From: an uncultured Candidatus Binatia bacterium
GTDB lineage: Bacteria > Desulfobacterota > Binatia > UBA9968 > JAJDTQ01
Assembly: GCA_965213675.1 (NCBI GenBank)
Contig: OZ243916.1
Location: forward strand, 1,568,001 to 1,632,000
Direction of reading: 5' to 3'
Length of the DNA: 64,000 bases
In this document: positions 19,011 through 29,412 of the stretch, in pieces
Position numbering within the stretch: the first letter of the stretch is position 1
Layout of the letters: each line of letters opens with the position of its first letter
The notes under the pieces: generated by a model
Seen by the model: the letters and a program-made list of their open reading frames with translations, nothing else
What the model was told of the DNA's origin: nothing
Database searches by the model: none
Translations under genes and position numbers: made by a program

Positions 19011-21326
19011 ATGAGCACCGAGCAAAGCAGCCCCCACAGCCTGATTGGCGCTTCCATCCGAAGAGTTGAGGACCCGCCCCTGCTCACCGGGCAGGGATGC
19101 TATGTGGACGACGTGAAGCTGCCGGGGATTCTGCACGTGGCGATCCACCGGAGCACCCACCCCCACGCCCGCATCCTGTCCATCGACACCAGCGAGGCCG
19201 CGGCCAGGCCCGGCGTCGTGTGTGTGCTCACGGGTGACGACACCGGTGACTTGGCGTTGCGCGCGCCGCGGTTGATGCCCGACATGAACATGCCGGAGCA
19301 CCCGGTGCTGGCGCGCGGCGCGGTGCATGCGGTGGGCGCGCCCATCGCGGCGGTGGTGGCCGAGAGCCGCGCCTTGGCGGACGACGCTGCCGCGGCCGTC
19401 CACGTCACCTATGACCCCCTGCCGGTGGTCACGGACGCCGAGGCCGCGCTGGAGCCGGACGCACCCCTGGCCCACGAGGAACTGGGCACCAACCACTGCT
19501 ACACCATGAAGAAGGAGAACGGCGACGTCGACAAGGCGTTCGCCGAGGCCGATCACATCTGCCGGCTGCACATGAAGAGCCCGCGGCTCGTGGCCATGTC
19601 CATGGAGGCGCGGGGCGTGCTGGCGCATCCCGATCCGGTACGAAACGAGCTCACGGTGTGGCTTTCCACCCAGGGACCGCACCGGGCGCGCGCCGACCTG
19701 GCCAACTCCCTGGGTTTCCCCGAAAACCGCATCCACGTCATCGCGCCGGACGTGGGCGGGGGCTTCGGCAGCAAGGGCTGCGTCTATCGCGAGGATGTGC
19801 TGGTGTGCCACGTGGCGCGGAAGCTGGGCCGGCCGGTCAAATGGATGGCCACCCGCAGCGAGGATTTTCTCACCACCTGCCAGGGCCGCGACCAGGCCAT
19901 GACCTCGGAGCTGGCGCTGAGCAAGGACGGCAAGATGCTGGGCCTCAAGGTGCGCGTGGTCGCCAACCTGGGCGCGTACCTGCACTCCGCCACCGCCGGA
20001 CCGCCCCAGCGCATGCTGGTGATGGCCCCGGGCTGCTACCAGATTCAGGATGTGCGGGTGGAGATCGTCTCGGCGTTCACCAACACCGTGCCCACCGGAC
20101 CCTACCGCGGCGCCGGCCGGCCGGAATCGGTGCTCAACATCGAACGGCTGGCGGACACGGCCGCCCGCGATCTGGGTCTGGACCCGCTGGAGATTCGGCG
20201 CAAGAACTACATCCAGCCGGACCAGTTCCCCTACCGCACCGGCGCCGGCGTCGAATACGACTCGGGGGACTACGAGAAGTCCCTGAACGAGGCGCTGAGG
20301 CTGTCGGACTACGACCAACTCATCCGCATGCGCGACGAGGCGCGGGCGCGCGGCGAACTGGTGGGCGTCGGCGTATCGACGTTCGTGGAACCCAGCGGTG
20401 GCGCCGGATTCGAAAGCGGCGCCGTTCGGGTGGAACGCACCGGGGCGATCACCGTGCTCACCGGCTCCAGCTCCCACGGCCAGGGGCACGAAACCGTGTG
20501 GGCGCAAGTGGCCGCGGAGAAGCTCAAGGTCCCCATGGACAACGTGGTGGTGCGCCACGGCGACACCATCGCCATCCAACAGGGTACCGGCACCTTCGGC
20601 AGCCGCAGCGCGGTCATGGGCGGAGGCGCCCTGGCCACGGCCGCCGACCGCGTCATCGCCAAAGCCAAGGCCATTGCCGGGAACCTCATGGAAGCGTCCG
20701 CGGACGACGTAGTTCAGGTGGACGGCGGCTTCGCCGTGGCCGGCGTACCGGAACGAAACGTGACCTGGCGCCAAGTGGCCGGCGCCGCCTACGCCAAGGG
20801 CACACCGGCGGGCATGGATCCCGGTCTCAACGAAGTCGCCTTCTTCGATCCCAACCGCGAGGCCTGGGGCTTCGGCGCCCACGTGGCGCTGGTGCGCATT
20901 GACGCCGACACCGGCGCCCTCACCATCGAGAAGCTCGTGCTGGTGGACGACATCGGCGTCGTCCTGAACCCCATGGTGGTGGAGGCCCAGGTCCACGGCG
21001 GCCTCGCCCAGGGCCTGGGGGAAGTCCTGTGCGAACACATGGTCTTTGACGAGGACGGCCAGCCCCGCACCGGCACCCTCATGGACTACGCCGTCCCCCG
21101 CGCCGCCACCATGCCGCCCTTGGTGGTGGGCGAAACCGAGACTCCGAACCCCTTCAACCCCCTGGGCGTCAAGGGCGTGGGCGAGGCCGGCACCAACGGC
21201 GCGCCCCCCGCCGTCGCCAACGCCCTCATGGACGCACTATCCCCCCTGGGCATCGACCACATCGACATGCCCTACACCGCGCCGAAACTGTGGCGGGCGA
21301 TCCGGGAGGCGCGGAACGACGGGTGA
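19011..21326 (+). CDS. CoxL-like (form II-type) molybdenum hydroxylase large subunit
   Basis: GGGFGSK, active-site loop PYRGAGR (not the form I AYxCSFR), SHGQGHET and GVKGVGEAG. Confidence 0.9.
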   Translation: MSTEQSSPHSLIGASIRRVEDPPLLTGQGCYVDDVKLPGILHVAIHRSTHPHARILSIDTSEAAARPGVVCVLTGDDTGDLALRAPRLMPDMNMPEHPVLARGAVHAVGAPIAAVVAESRALADDAAAAVHVTYDPLPVVTDAEAALEPDAPLAHEELGTNHCYTMKKENGDVDKAFAEADHICRLHMKSPRLVAMSMEARGVLAHPDPVRNELTVWLSTQGPHRARADLANSLGFPENRIHVIAPDVGGGFGSKGCVYREDVLVCHVARKLGRPVKWMATRSEDFLTTCQGRDQAMTSELALSKDGKMLGLKVRVVANLGAYLHSATAGPPQRMLVMAPGCYQIQDVRVEIVSAFTNTVPTGPYRGAGRPESVLNIERLADTAARDLGLDPLEIRRKNYIQPDQFPYRTGAGVEYDSGDYEKSLNEALRLSDYDQLIRMRDEARARGELVGVGVSTFVEPSGGAGFESGAVRVERTGAITVLTGSSSHGQGHETVWAQVAAEKLKVPMDNVVVRHGDTIAIQQGTGTFGSRSAVMGGGALATAADRVIAKAKAIAGNLMEASADDVVQVDGGFAVAGVPERNVTWRQVAGAAYAKGTPAGMDPGLNEVAFFDPNREAWGFGAHVALVRIDADTGALTIEKLVLVDDIGVVLNPMVVEAQVHGGLAQGLGEVLCEHMVFDEDGQPRTGTLMDYAVPRAATMPPLVVGETETPNPFNPLGVKGVGEAGTNGAPPAVANALMDALSPLGIDHIDMPYTAPKLWRAIREARNDG

Positions 21327-21552
21327 ATCGAGGATGACGCTCCCGCTTGCCGTGACAGGCACGGCATCCCGCGGCGCTGCACCCTGCGCCTTGGCGTCGT
21401 CCATGGTCGAAAACCCTCTTCGGACCAGTTTCGGACCCCCTGCGGCCAGTTTCAGAGTGGAGTGTACCGGGAATCGGCAAGGCTGTACGAGTTATGTACA
21501 GACAGGTTGAATTGTCACCGTCTTGAACGCCAGCGCGCTGGCGCCCGGCACC

Positions 21553-22506
21553 TCACCGGCGTTGGGTCGCGCGCCAGCGCCAAGGCGGCACGACTTCGCC
21601 GCGCCACACCCCACGCCTCTCCGTACGCGCACGCGCCTCCTCGCCAACGTACGCTTGCGAGTACCTCCGGTACGCGAAGGCCCAACCCTCCGCCACCATC
21701 CAGGCGTTGAGGTCCCGGCCCGCGATGCGGCACACCGCCACGACCCGGCCATAGCTGTCCCGGTCGCGAACGTCGCACACAACGGGTTTGCCGTTGACTT
21801 GGCTGGCCAGCGCCCGCGTCGCGTTCCGGCCACATGGCCACCGGCGGCCCGCCACTCGGCAGGTTTGTTTATGCTCGGGAGCGTCGATGCCGTGCAGACG
21901 GATGCGCATGCCGTTCATGTCGAGGGTGTCCCCGTCCACGGCCCGCGCCCGTCCTGAAATTCCACGGCCGGCACGAGGGGCTCGCACGCCCGACCCGTCC
22001 TTCATTCGTGGACGGCCACGGAGGACTCGCACGCCCGATCCGTCCTTCCCCGGCCTTGTGGGCGCGTAAACCTGGTCGCCACGGAATACCGTCACGGAGT
22101 CCCGCGATTTGGGCGTCCTGGCCGCCACACGAGGTTCCGCCGGGCGGGAACGGGCGGCAGGCGTGCGCATCCCGGCGTGAGGGTTCGGTTGCATCGGAAC
22201 GCGCGTCACCTCTCCAGGCACTGGCGCCGTGACGGGATCTTCATCTTCGGCGAAGCGGATGGCGGACCTTTCCCGACTCAGACAGAACTCCTCGGCCACG
22301 CGTTCCATGGTCGGTCGGACCATGTTCTCGACGACAGCGAAGAAGTAACGTGCGGCGTTGCCGACTTCGGGCCAGATTGAGTTCAGCAGCACGAACGCGG
22401 CCAGCAACGACGAGACAACCAACCCGGCGCGCATCACGAACGCAGCCGCCCGCCACATCCGTCGCTTCAGACGCCACCAATACCAGAAGAAACCCCGTCG
22501 GTGCAT
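21553..22506 (-). CDS. Thermonuclease (SNase) family protein with N-terminal membrane anchor
   Basis: VDGDTL...RIRLHGIDAPE..Q.C, DRDSYGRVVAVC, WMVAEGWA and RRGVW. Hydrophobic N-terminal segment; start uncertain. Confidence 0.85.
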   Translation of the reverse strand: MHRRGFFWYWWRLKRRMWRAAAFVMRAGLVVSSLLAAFVLLNSIWPEVGNAARYFFAVVENMVRPTMERVAEEFCLSRERSAIRFAEDEDPVTAPVPGEVTRVPMQPNPHAGMRTPAARSRPAEPRVAARTPKSRDSVTVFRGDQVYAPTRPGKDGSGVRVLRGRPRMKDGSGVRAPRAGRGISGRARAVDGDTLDMNGMRIRLHGIDAPEHKQTCRVAGRRWPCGRNATRALASQVNGKPVVCDVRDRDSYGRVVAVCRIAGRDLNAWMVAEGWAFAYRRYSQAYVGEEARARTERRGVWRGEVVPPWRWRATQRR

Positions 22507-22670
22507 GGGTCAGTCACCCCCCTGCGCTTTCCCGGCTTGCGCCCCTGAATCGGGCCTCTCCCTCGGATGGCTCGCCAACACCTGACCTGCAGCCCAACCT
22601 GCCTTCTCCGTCAGGACTACCCGAAAGCGCAACGGACCCGGAGGAACCACGGGAGAGGTTCAGAAGCGCG

Positions 22671-23696
22671 TCATACGCCTCCGAAGCCCTGATCCTGCGC
22701 CTCGCCCACGAGCCACGGGTCGTTGATTTCGGTGGTGGGGGGCTGGCCCTGGAGGACGCGGATCACTTCGCGGGCGGCGTGGGTCTGGCAGTCGACGTAG
22801 GACTCGTTGGAGTTGGCGGCGGTGTGGCACGTGACGATGACGTTGGGGAGAGTCAGGATGGGGTGGTCCGCGGGCATGGGCTCGGGATCGGTGACATCAA
22901 GGGCGGCGCCGGCGATCTGGTGGGTGGTGAGAGCGTCGTAGAGGGCGTCGGTATCCACCAGGCCGCCGCGGGCGCAGTTGAGGAAGTACGCGGTGCTCTT
23001 CATGGCCGCGAACTGCTCTTTGCCGAACATCTTGCGGGTGGCGGGGACCAGCGGCGCGTGCAGGGTGATGACATCCGAGCTGCCCACCAGTTCGTCCAGG
23101 GAGACCAGCTTGACGCCCATGGCTTCGGCGATCTCCGGGGCCACGTAGGGGTCCACGGCCTGGACGTTCATCTTCATGCCCTGGGCGCGGGGCGCCACCT
23201 GACGCCCCACGTTGCCCAGGCCCACGATGCCCAGGGTCTGTCCGGCGATGCGCGACACCGGGCCGCGGTAGGCGTGCAGCTCGGCCGTATGGCGGCGCCA
23301 GCGGCCCTCGCGCACGTACTGGTTCATGCGCACGAGCTTCCGGGAGATGGCGATCATGAGACCGATCATCTGCTCCGACACTTCGATGGAGTTGCAGCCG
23401 GCGGCGTTGCACACGGTCACGCCGTGCTCCCTGGCCGCGGCCAGGTCCAGCCGGTCCACGCCCACGCCGGTGCGGCACACCACCTTGCAGCGGTTGAGCT
23501 TCTCGATGATCTCGCGGGTGAACGGCAAGGCGCCGTGGAAGATCATGCCGTCGGCGTCGCGCCCGGCCTCGGCCAACTCCTGGTCGTTGGTGGGCCTGGC
23601 GACCACCAACTCCGCATCCCCGTCGCGCAGGATCGGTTCGATCAGATCGACGGGAACATCGTTGCTGCCGCAGTAGACGACACGGAATTTCGCCAT
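22671..23696 (-). CDS. D-isomer-specific 2-hydroxyacid dehydrogenase
   Basis: GVGVD, GIVGLGNVG, NCARGGLVD and GAALDV...EP. Confidence 0.93.
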   Translation of the reverse strand: MAKFRVVYCGSNDVPVDLIEPILRDGDAELVVARPTNDQELAEAGRDADGMIFHGALPFTREIIEKLNRCKVVCRTGVGVDRLDLAAAREHGVTVCNAAGCNSIEVSEQMIGLMIAISRKLVRMNQYVREGRWRRHTAELHAYRGPVSRIAGQTLGIVGLGNVGRQVAPRAQGMKMNVQAVDPYVAPEIAEAMGVKLVSLDELVGSSDVITLHAPLVPATRKMFGKEQFAAMKSTAYFLNCARGGLVDTDALYDALTTHQIAGAALDVTDPEPMPADHPILTLPNVIVTCHTAANSNESYVDCQTHAAREVIRVLQGQPPTTEINDPWLVGEAQDQGFGGV

Positions 23697-23729
23697 CGTG
23701 GGTGCCCCGCTGGACTCGGTTACGCCTTG

Positions 23730-24863
23730 TTACATTCCCAGCCCGAACATCTGCACCGGGTTGTCCCACAGGATCTTGCGGCGCGTCTCCTCGGACAGAT
23801 TCTCGTTGGCGCTCAGGGCGCCCACGGTGAGATCCGGCCACTTGTCGATGCAGTCGCTGTGGGGATAGTCGGTGGCCATGGTGAGGCGATCGTTGCCCAC
23901 GTGCTCGACGAAGCTCGGCACCAGTTCCTCACCGGCCTCGCAGCTTACCCAGCACTGCCGCTGGAAGTAGAAGCTCGGCTTCTCCGGGGTGATCTTGGCG
24001 GAGCCGTGGGACTCGTGCTCCCAATGCTCGTCCATGCGCTCCAGCCAGAAGGGCACCCAGCCGCAGCCGGACTCCAGGTAGGCCACCTTGAGCCTGGGGA
24101 AACGCTCCAGGACGCCGTCCGCGCACAAGCTCAGGCATGCCAGCATCTGTTCGAGGGGATGACAGGCCACGTGCCGCCCGAACTCGCTGTAGCGGTCGCT
24201 GCCGGCCTGCTCCAGCACCGTGCGCGCGCCTTCGTGGACGCAGACGGTGACGCCCAGATCCTGGGCCGCCTCGTAAACGGGATAGTATTCGGGGCTCGCC
24301 AGCGTACGGCCGCAGAGCTTGTTGGGACGCCAGAAAATACCCACCAGGCCGAGTTGCTCGCGGGCGTGGCGCAATTCCTCAACGGCCCGGGCCGGGTCCT
24401 GCAAGGGTATCAGCATGACGCCCCGCAGCCGCGACTCGTCGTGACTGCAGTATTCCGCGAGCCAGGTGTTGTAGGCGCGGCAAATGGCCTGGCTCAACTC
24501 CGGATCGATATCCGAGCTCCACATGACGTAGAGGCCCATGGTGGGGAACAGCACACTCAGGTCGATGCCTTCCCTGTCCATGTCGCGGAGGTTGGACGCG
24601 GGGTCGAAGCCCGTGGCAATGGCCTCGGCGAAAGTCTCGCGCCAGGACGCATTGCTGGCGAAGATGAAGCCATGGTCGGTGACCTCGCGTTCGGGCCGCC
24701 GGTTGGAGTCGGAGACGGGCTTGCCGTCCACGTAGCGGTTGGACTGGTTGGGTCCAGTGATCTTCACCCGCCCGCGGAACTTCTCCGGCATGTACCGGTC
24801 GTACATGTCCGACGGTTCCATGATATGCCGATCCGAATCGATCACGCGAAATCCGTCCTTCAT
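23730..24863 (-). CDS. Amidohydrolase_2 family protein
   Basis: IDSDRH, VCVHEG, LESGCGW and ATDYPH.D. Confidence 0.9.
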   Translation of the reverse strand: MKDGFRVIDSDRHIMEPSDMYDRYMPEKFRGRVKITGPNQSNRYVDGKPVSDSNRRPEREVTDHGFIFASNASWRETFAEAIATGFDPASNLRDMDREGIDLSVLFPTMGLYVMWSSDIDPELSQAICRAYNTWLAEYCSHDESRLRGVMLIPLQDPARAVEELRHAREQLGLVGIFWRPNKLCGRTLASPEYYPVYEAAQDLGVTVCVHEGARTVLEQAGSDRYSEFGRHVACHPLEQMLACLSLCADGVLERFPRLKVAYLESGCGWVPFWLERMDEHWEHESHGSAKITPEKPSFYFQRQCWVSCEAGEELVPSFVEHVGNDRLTMATDYPHSDCIDKWPDLTVGALSANENLSEETRRKILWDNPVQMFGLGM

Positions 24864-25222
24864 GGCTTGACTCCTTCCTGCAACGGGCGGTGCGCCGCCT
24901 CCTGGGCCGGGTGCCTCCGGTGTCCTTTGAAACGTTCAGTGAAAGCCTTGGGAAGCGCTTCGGCGACGGTCGCCAAAGCAACGCCACTATAGATCAACGC
25001 CCGTTCCCTATCAAACGCCGGAACCCCGCCTTGACGCCGGGAGCGCGACGCCTTTGCCTGCCCGGATCGGACCGGTTTTCCGCGCCTGGAGACGGTTGCG
25101 GAAAGCGGCCTGGAGACCGGTGCGGAAGGCGACATGACAGCAGGAAAGGCTTGCTTGACCGGGCCGGGGACCAACGTTAACATCCCTGCCGACAATCACC
25201 CCGGAGGATCAAGGAGGACATC

Positions 25223-26464
25223 ATGGGAGTGGAGCCTGGCGCGGAATTGTTCGATTTCAACGAACCCTCGGCCACCGGCAAGGCCGGCTTCGGCACGTGG
25301 GAGAACCCCAAGTCGCCCTACGACCGTTTCATGGAAGACCAGGGCGTCCCCATCCACCGGGCCATCGGCGTGCACAAGGTGCAGGACCTGCCGCTGGCGC
25401 CGTGGAAGCGCCTGGGCGGGCGCGGCACCGGCATCCAGCTTCTGGGCACCGAGCACCTCTGGGGCATGTACGTGGTGGAGGTCCCCGGCGCGGGCGCCCT
25501 CAACGCCGAACGCCATCTCTACGAAGAAACCTACTACGTCGTGGAGGGGCGTGGCACCACCGAGGTGTGGCACGAGAGCGAGAGCAGGAAACTCACCTTC
25601 GAGTGGGGACCCGGTTCGCTCTTCGGCATCCCGCTGAACGCCTGGCACCGCGTGGTCAACGCCACCTCGGCCCCAGCCATGCTGCTGGCCGCCACCACTG
25701 CCCCCAACATCCTGAATCTCGTGCGCGACGCCGAGTTCGTGATGAACTGCCCCTACGAGTTCGGCAAGCGCTTTTCCGGGGAAGACGACTACTTCAAGCC
25801 GGTGGAGGACATCCACGCCGACCCGGTGCGCGGCCTCGCCATGCGCCTTACCAACGTCATACCCGACATCGTCCACTGCGAGCTGCCTCGGGACAACCGC
25901 CGTTCCTTCAGCTACCGCCGGGTGGAGCCGCACATGGCCGGGGCGAATTTCTACATGAAGATCGCCCAGTACGAGACCGGGCAATACTCCAAGGCCCACA
26001 AGCACACATCCGGCGCCATCCTGGTGTGCATCAAGGGCAAGGGGTTCAGCTACACGTGGCCGGACACCCTGGGGATGCGGCCGTGGCAGAAAGGACGCGG
26101 GGATGACGTCAAGCAGCAGACCTACGAGCCCGTGGGCATGATCAGCGCCGCGCCCATGCGCGGCGACTGGTTCCACCAGCACTTCGGCACCGACCCGGAA
26201 GGCTTGCGGTTACTCATCTTCGACGGTCCCTACGGGCCGGGCTTCCGGCGCGGCGGCGCCCCCGGCGCCCAGGCCAGGGACGTGGGTGCGGTGGACACCC
26301 GCGACGGCGGCAACGCCATCTCGTACACGGACGAGGACCCGCAAATCCGCCAGACCTACGAGGCCGAGTTGTCCGCCAACGGCATGCAGAGCCGCATGCC
26401 GCAGTGGGCCTACGAGACGCGCACGCCGCCGGAGGGAGCGCTGGAGCCCGGGGCGGGGTTCTGA
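25223..26464 (+). CDS. Bicupin protein (gentisate dioxygenase-like fold)
   Basis: ERHLYEE.YYVVEGRG.T...PLNAWH and a second cupin KAHKH...WFHQHF. AAGGAGG RBS. Confidence 0.8.
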   Translation: MGVEPGAELFDFNEPSATGKAGFGTWENPKSPYDRFMEDQGVPIHRAIGVHKVQDLPLAPWKRLGGRGTGIQLLGTEHLWGMYVVEVPGAGALNAERHLYEETYYVVEGRGTTEVWHESESRKLTFEWGPGSLFGIPLNAWHRVVNATSAPAMLLAATTAPNILNLVRDAEFVMNCPYEFGKRFSGEDDYFKPVEDIHADPVRGLAMRLTNVIPDIVHCELPRDNRRSFSYRRVEPHMAGANFYMKIAQYETGQYSKAHKHTSGAILVCIKGKGFSYTWPDTLGMRPWQKGRGDDVKQQTYEPVGMISAAPMRGDWFHQHFGTDPEGLRLLIFDGPYGPGFRRGGAPGAQARDVGAVDTRDGGNAISYTDEDPQIRQTYEAELSANGMQSRMPQWAYETRTPPEGALEPGAGF

Positions 26465-26587
26465 GCAGGTTGCCGGAACCCGTGGTCCCGGAGGCTTGTC
26501 ATCCTGGTCCGGGTCGTCAGCGAGCGGAATCATGGTGAGGACGGATTTTGCCGCGGGGCGGAGGAGGCATCCGGGGCGGAGGAACGC

Positions 26588-27508
26588 TCAACCCTCCCAC
26601 AGCTCCCGGAACTGCACCGCGGCGACCTGCTCGTATGCCACCGGCCCCGGCAGGTGGCCGACGGACTGGGCGAAGGCGTTGAGCTTGGTCACCCTCTCCT
26701 CGGAGATGGCGGGCTCGTAGAACGGCACGTCGCGCTCCACGATGCGGGTGATGAGCGCGGTGGCGTCCTCGGGGAAGAGTCCCTCCCCCACGCGCGCCGC
26801 CTTCGAGGGATCGGCGCGCAGCGCCTTCTGCGCCTTCACGATGGCGCGCACGGCCGCGGCGCACTGTTCCGGCTGCCGCTCGATGAAGGCGTCCGTGGTG
26901 CCGAGGCCCGCGAAGGTGCAGTAGCGCACCTCGGCGGGATCGTCGCCGCGCCGCACGTCCACGTGCACCTTGCCCACGCCGAGGGACACCGCGGTGGCAC
27001 TGCCCATGGCGTTGGACCAGAAGCCGTCGATCTGCCCGGACTCCAGGCCGCGGGCCGCGTACACGCCGAACGAGACGTCCCGCGCCTCGGAACCCGGCAG
27101 GTGCACGATGTTCACGTCCCGCTCCAGGTCCAGCCCGCCCGCCGCCAGCAGCGCCTTGAACACCAGGTCCGGCCCCTCCGCCGCCGTGAGCCGCAGACCC
27201 TTCAACGCCTTGAAGTCTCCCCGTTCGGCGTCGAGGTCCGCACGTACCGTCAAAAGCCACGGCGTCCCCTGGGACAGCGCCACCAGGAGCTTCGCCCCGC
27301 GCCAGCCCGGAAACTCCCGCAAGAGGTCGTGCACCGACCCCGCGATCATGGCGTCCGCGCTGCCCTCCCGGAGCGCCCGCGTGGCGCCGATCTGGGACAC
27401 CAGCTCGATCTCCACGTCCGCTCCCTCCTCGCGATAGAAACCCAGTTCCTGGGCCGCGAGCGCCGGGAAACAGGTGTTGCTCACCAAGTCTACCGCCGCG
27501 ATACGCAT
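26588..27508 (-). CDS. NMT1/SsuA-like ABC substrate-binding protein
   Basis: FPALAAQELGFYREEG..VE and AVRAIVKAQKAL..DP. No clear signal peptide. Confidence 0.8.
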   Translation of the reverse strand: MRIAAVDLVSNTCFPALAAQELGFYREEGADVEIELVSQIGATRALREGSADAMIAGSVHDLLREFPGWRGAKLLVALSQGTPWLLTVRADLDAERGDFKALKGLRLTAAEGPDLVFKALLAAGGLDLERDVNIVHLPGSEARDVSFGVYAARGLESGQIDGFWSNAMGSATAVSLGVGKVHVDVRRGDDPAEVRYCTFAGLGTTDAFIERQPEQCAAAVRAIVKAQKALRADPSKAARVGEGLFPEDATALITRIVERDVPFYEPAISEERVTKLNAFAQSVGHLPGPVAYEQVAAVQFRELWEG

Positions 27509-27895
27509 ATCAAGATCGTCTCCTGTCTGGCCGTTACTGGCCCCCACTCGCCTCCGCCGCCCAAAACGGCAGGTAGCGACGATTTCTCGTGCCGCCGTTG
27601 GCTTCGTGCGCACACGACGGGTCCCACATTATAGCGTCTTGGAGCGGTTGCAGACACCGCCTTTCATCAACCAACCATCAAACAAACGGGAACAGGGAAA
27701 CATCCGTTATTACAATGGGTTGGCGACACCCCGGGGCGGGTGTTGGGGAACTTTCGGGGCTTTCCATCAAACAACCCTCGAGCGATGGAAACGGACCGAA
27801 GGAGTACCCTTGATCCGCGACCCGGCCAGGCATAGGCTTGCCCTGCCGCCGGCCGGTATCCGGGCGGCGGTGATCGACTATCCAGGAGGAGGCGG

Positions 27896-29344
27896 ATGAT
27901 GACGGATCGTGACCTGGCAGAACTGACAATCGCGGATGCGGCGGCGGCGATCAGACGCGGGGAGCTTGCCCCGGTGGAGCTGACGAGACTCATGCTGGCG
28001 CGCATCGAACGACTTGACCCGGAGCTGGTTGCGTACGTGACCGTGGCGCGGGAGGAGGCGCTGGCGGACGCGCGGGCGGCAGAGGCGGAGATACGCGACG
28101 GGCGGTACCGCGGGCCGCTTCACGGCATTCCCCTTTCCATCAAGGACAACATCGCAACGCGCGGCATTCGCACCACGGCAGGGTCCAGGGTGTTGGAGGA
28201 CTGCGTGCCGGATGACGACGCCACCGTGGTGGCGCGACTGAGGGAGGCGGGGGCGGTCATCCTGGGCAAGACCAACATGCACGAGTGGGCCAACGGCGGC
28301 ACCACCATCAACCCGTTCTACGGCACGACGCGCAACCCGTGGGACACGGAACGCATCGCCGGGGGGTCCAGCGGCGGGTCGGCCGCCGGGCTGGCCGCGG
28401 GCCTGTGCCTGGGCTCCATCGGCACCGACAACGGCGGCTCGGTGCGAAACCCGGCGTCGCTGTGCGGCATCGTGGGCTTCAAGCCTACCTACGGGCGCGT
28501 CAGCCGTTTCGGACACGTGCCCGGGGACGGCGGCTTCAGCACCAACCACGTGGGGGTATTCAGCAAGACGGCGCGGGACTGCGCCCTGATCCTGCAGGCC
28601 GTCGCCGGGGCCGACCCCAAAGACCCCAACAGCGCGGATGCGCCGGTGCCCGACTACGCCGGCGGCATGGACGCGGGCATCGAGGGTCTCCGGGTGGGGA
28701 TCGTCATGGATTACTTCGACCGGTCCATGACCCGGCCGGTACGCGAGGCCTTCACGGCGGCCCAGCGGCAACTCCAATCCCTCGGCGCCACCATGGTGGA
28801 GGTGGCGGTGCCGCACATCGACACGACGCGGTTCGTCTGGCCCTGCATCACGCGGCCGGAGAACGTGGTGGAGAACCTGCCCTACCTGAAGGCCCGCCCG
28901 CGGGACTACAGCCCGCGCCTGCTTCTCCAGAACATCGGCGCCATGCTGATCCCCGCCGAAGCCTACGTCACCGCCCAGCGCATCCGGCGGATGTTGTGCC
29001 GGGAGTTCGACGAGGCCTTCGCGCAGGTGGACCTCATCGCCGCGCCCACGGCGGCGGTGCCCGCACCCACCATCGAGGAGTCCAGGCGAGCGGTGATGGA
29101 GGTGGACGGCGAGGAAATCCGCCTGGAAGGCGCAGGCGTGAACTTCCGCTCGCTCTTCACCACGCCCTTCAACCTCACCGGCCTGCCGGCCCTGAGCGTC
29201 AACTGCGGATTCACCGGCGGCGGCCTGCCCATCGGGCTCCAGCTCGTGGGGCCGCGTTTCAGCGAGGAACGGGTCCTGCGCGCGGCCCATGCCTACGAGC
29301 AGGCGGCCGGCTGGTACCGGCGCAGGCCGCCGGTGGGAGGGTGA
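27896..29344 (+). CDS. Amidase signature-family enzyme
   Basis: GPLHGIP..IKD, GKTNMHE, GGSSGGS, GTDNGGSVRNP and GLPIGLQLVG. Confidence 0.95.
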   Translation: MMTDRDLAELTIADAAAAIRRGELAPVELTRLMLARIERLDPELVAYVTVAREEALADARAAEAEIRDGRYRGPLHGIPLSIKDNIATRGIRTTAGSRVLEDCVPDDDATVVARLREAGAVILGKTNMHEWANGGTTINPFYGTTRNPWDTERIAGGSSGGSAAGLAAGLCLGSIGTDNGGSVRNPASLCGIVGFKPTYGRVSRFGHVPGDGGFSTNHVGVFSKTARDCALILQAVAGADPKDPNSADAPVPDYAGGMDAGIEGLRVGIVMDYFDRSMTRPVREAFTAAQRQLQSLGATMVEVAVPHIDTTRFVWPCITRPENVVENLPYLKARPRDYSPRLLLQNIGAMLIPAEAYVTAQRIRRMLCREFDEAFAQVDLIAAPTAAVPAPTIEESRRAVMEVDGEEIRLEGAGVNFRSLFTTPFNLTGLPALSVNCGFTGGGLPIGLQLVGPRFSEERVLRAAHAYEQAAGWYRRRPPVGG

Positions 29345-29412
29345 CCGCACCCGGATGTTGAAGGGTCCTGCTTTCGCGGAAGTCACGGATGGAGGCGGAA
29401 CGGCCCGAAGCG

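Noticed and set aside
19011-21326. True aerobic CO dehydrogenase
   Set aside because: The active-site loop is PYRGAGR rather than AYxCSFR, gene order is S-M-L, and no cox accessory genes are adjacent.
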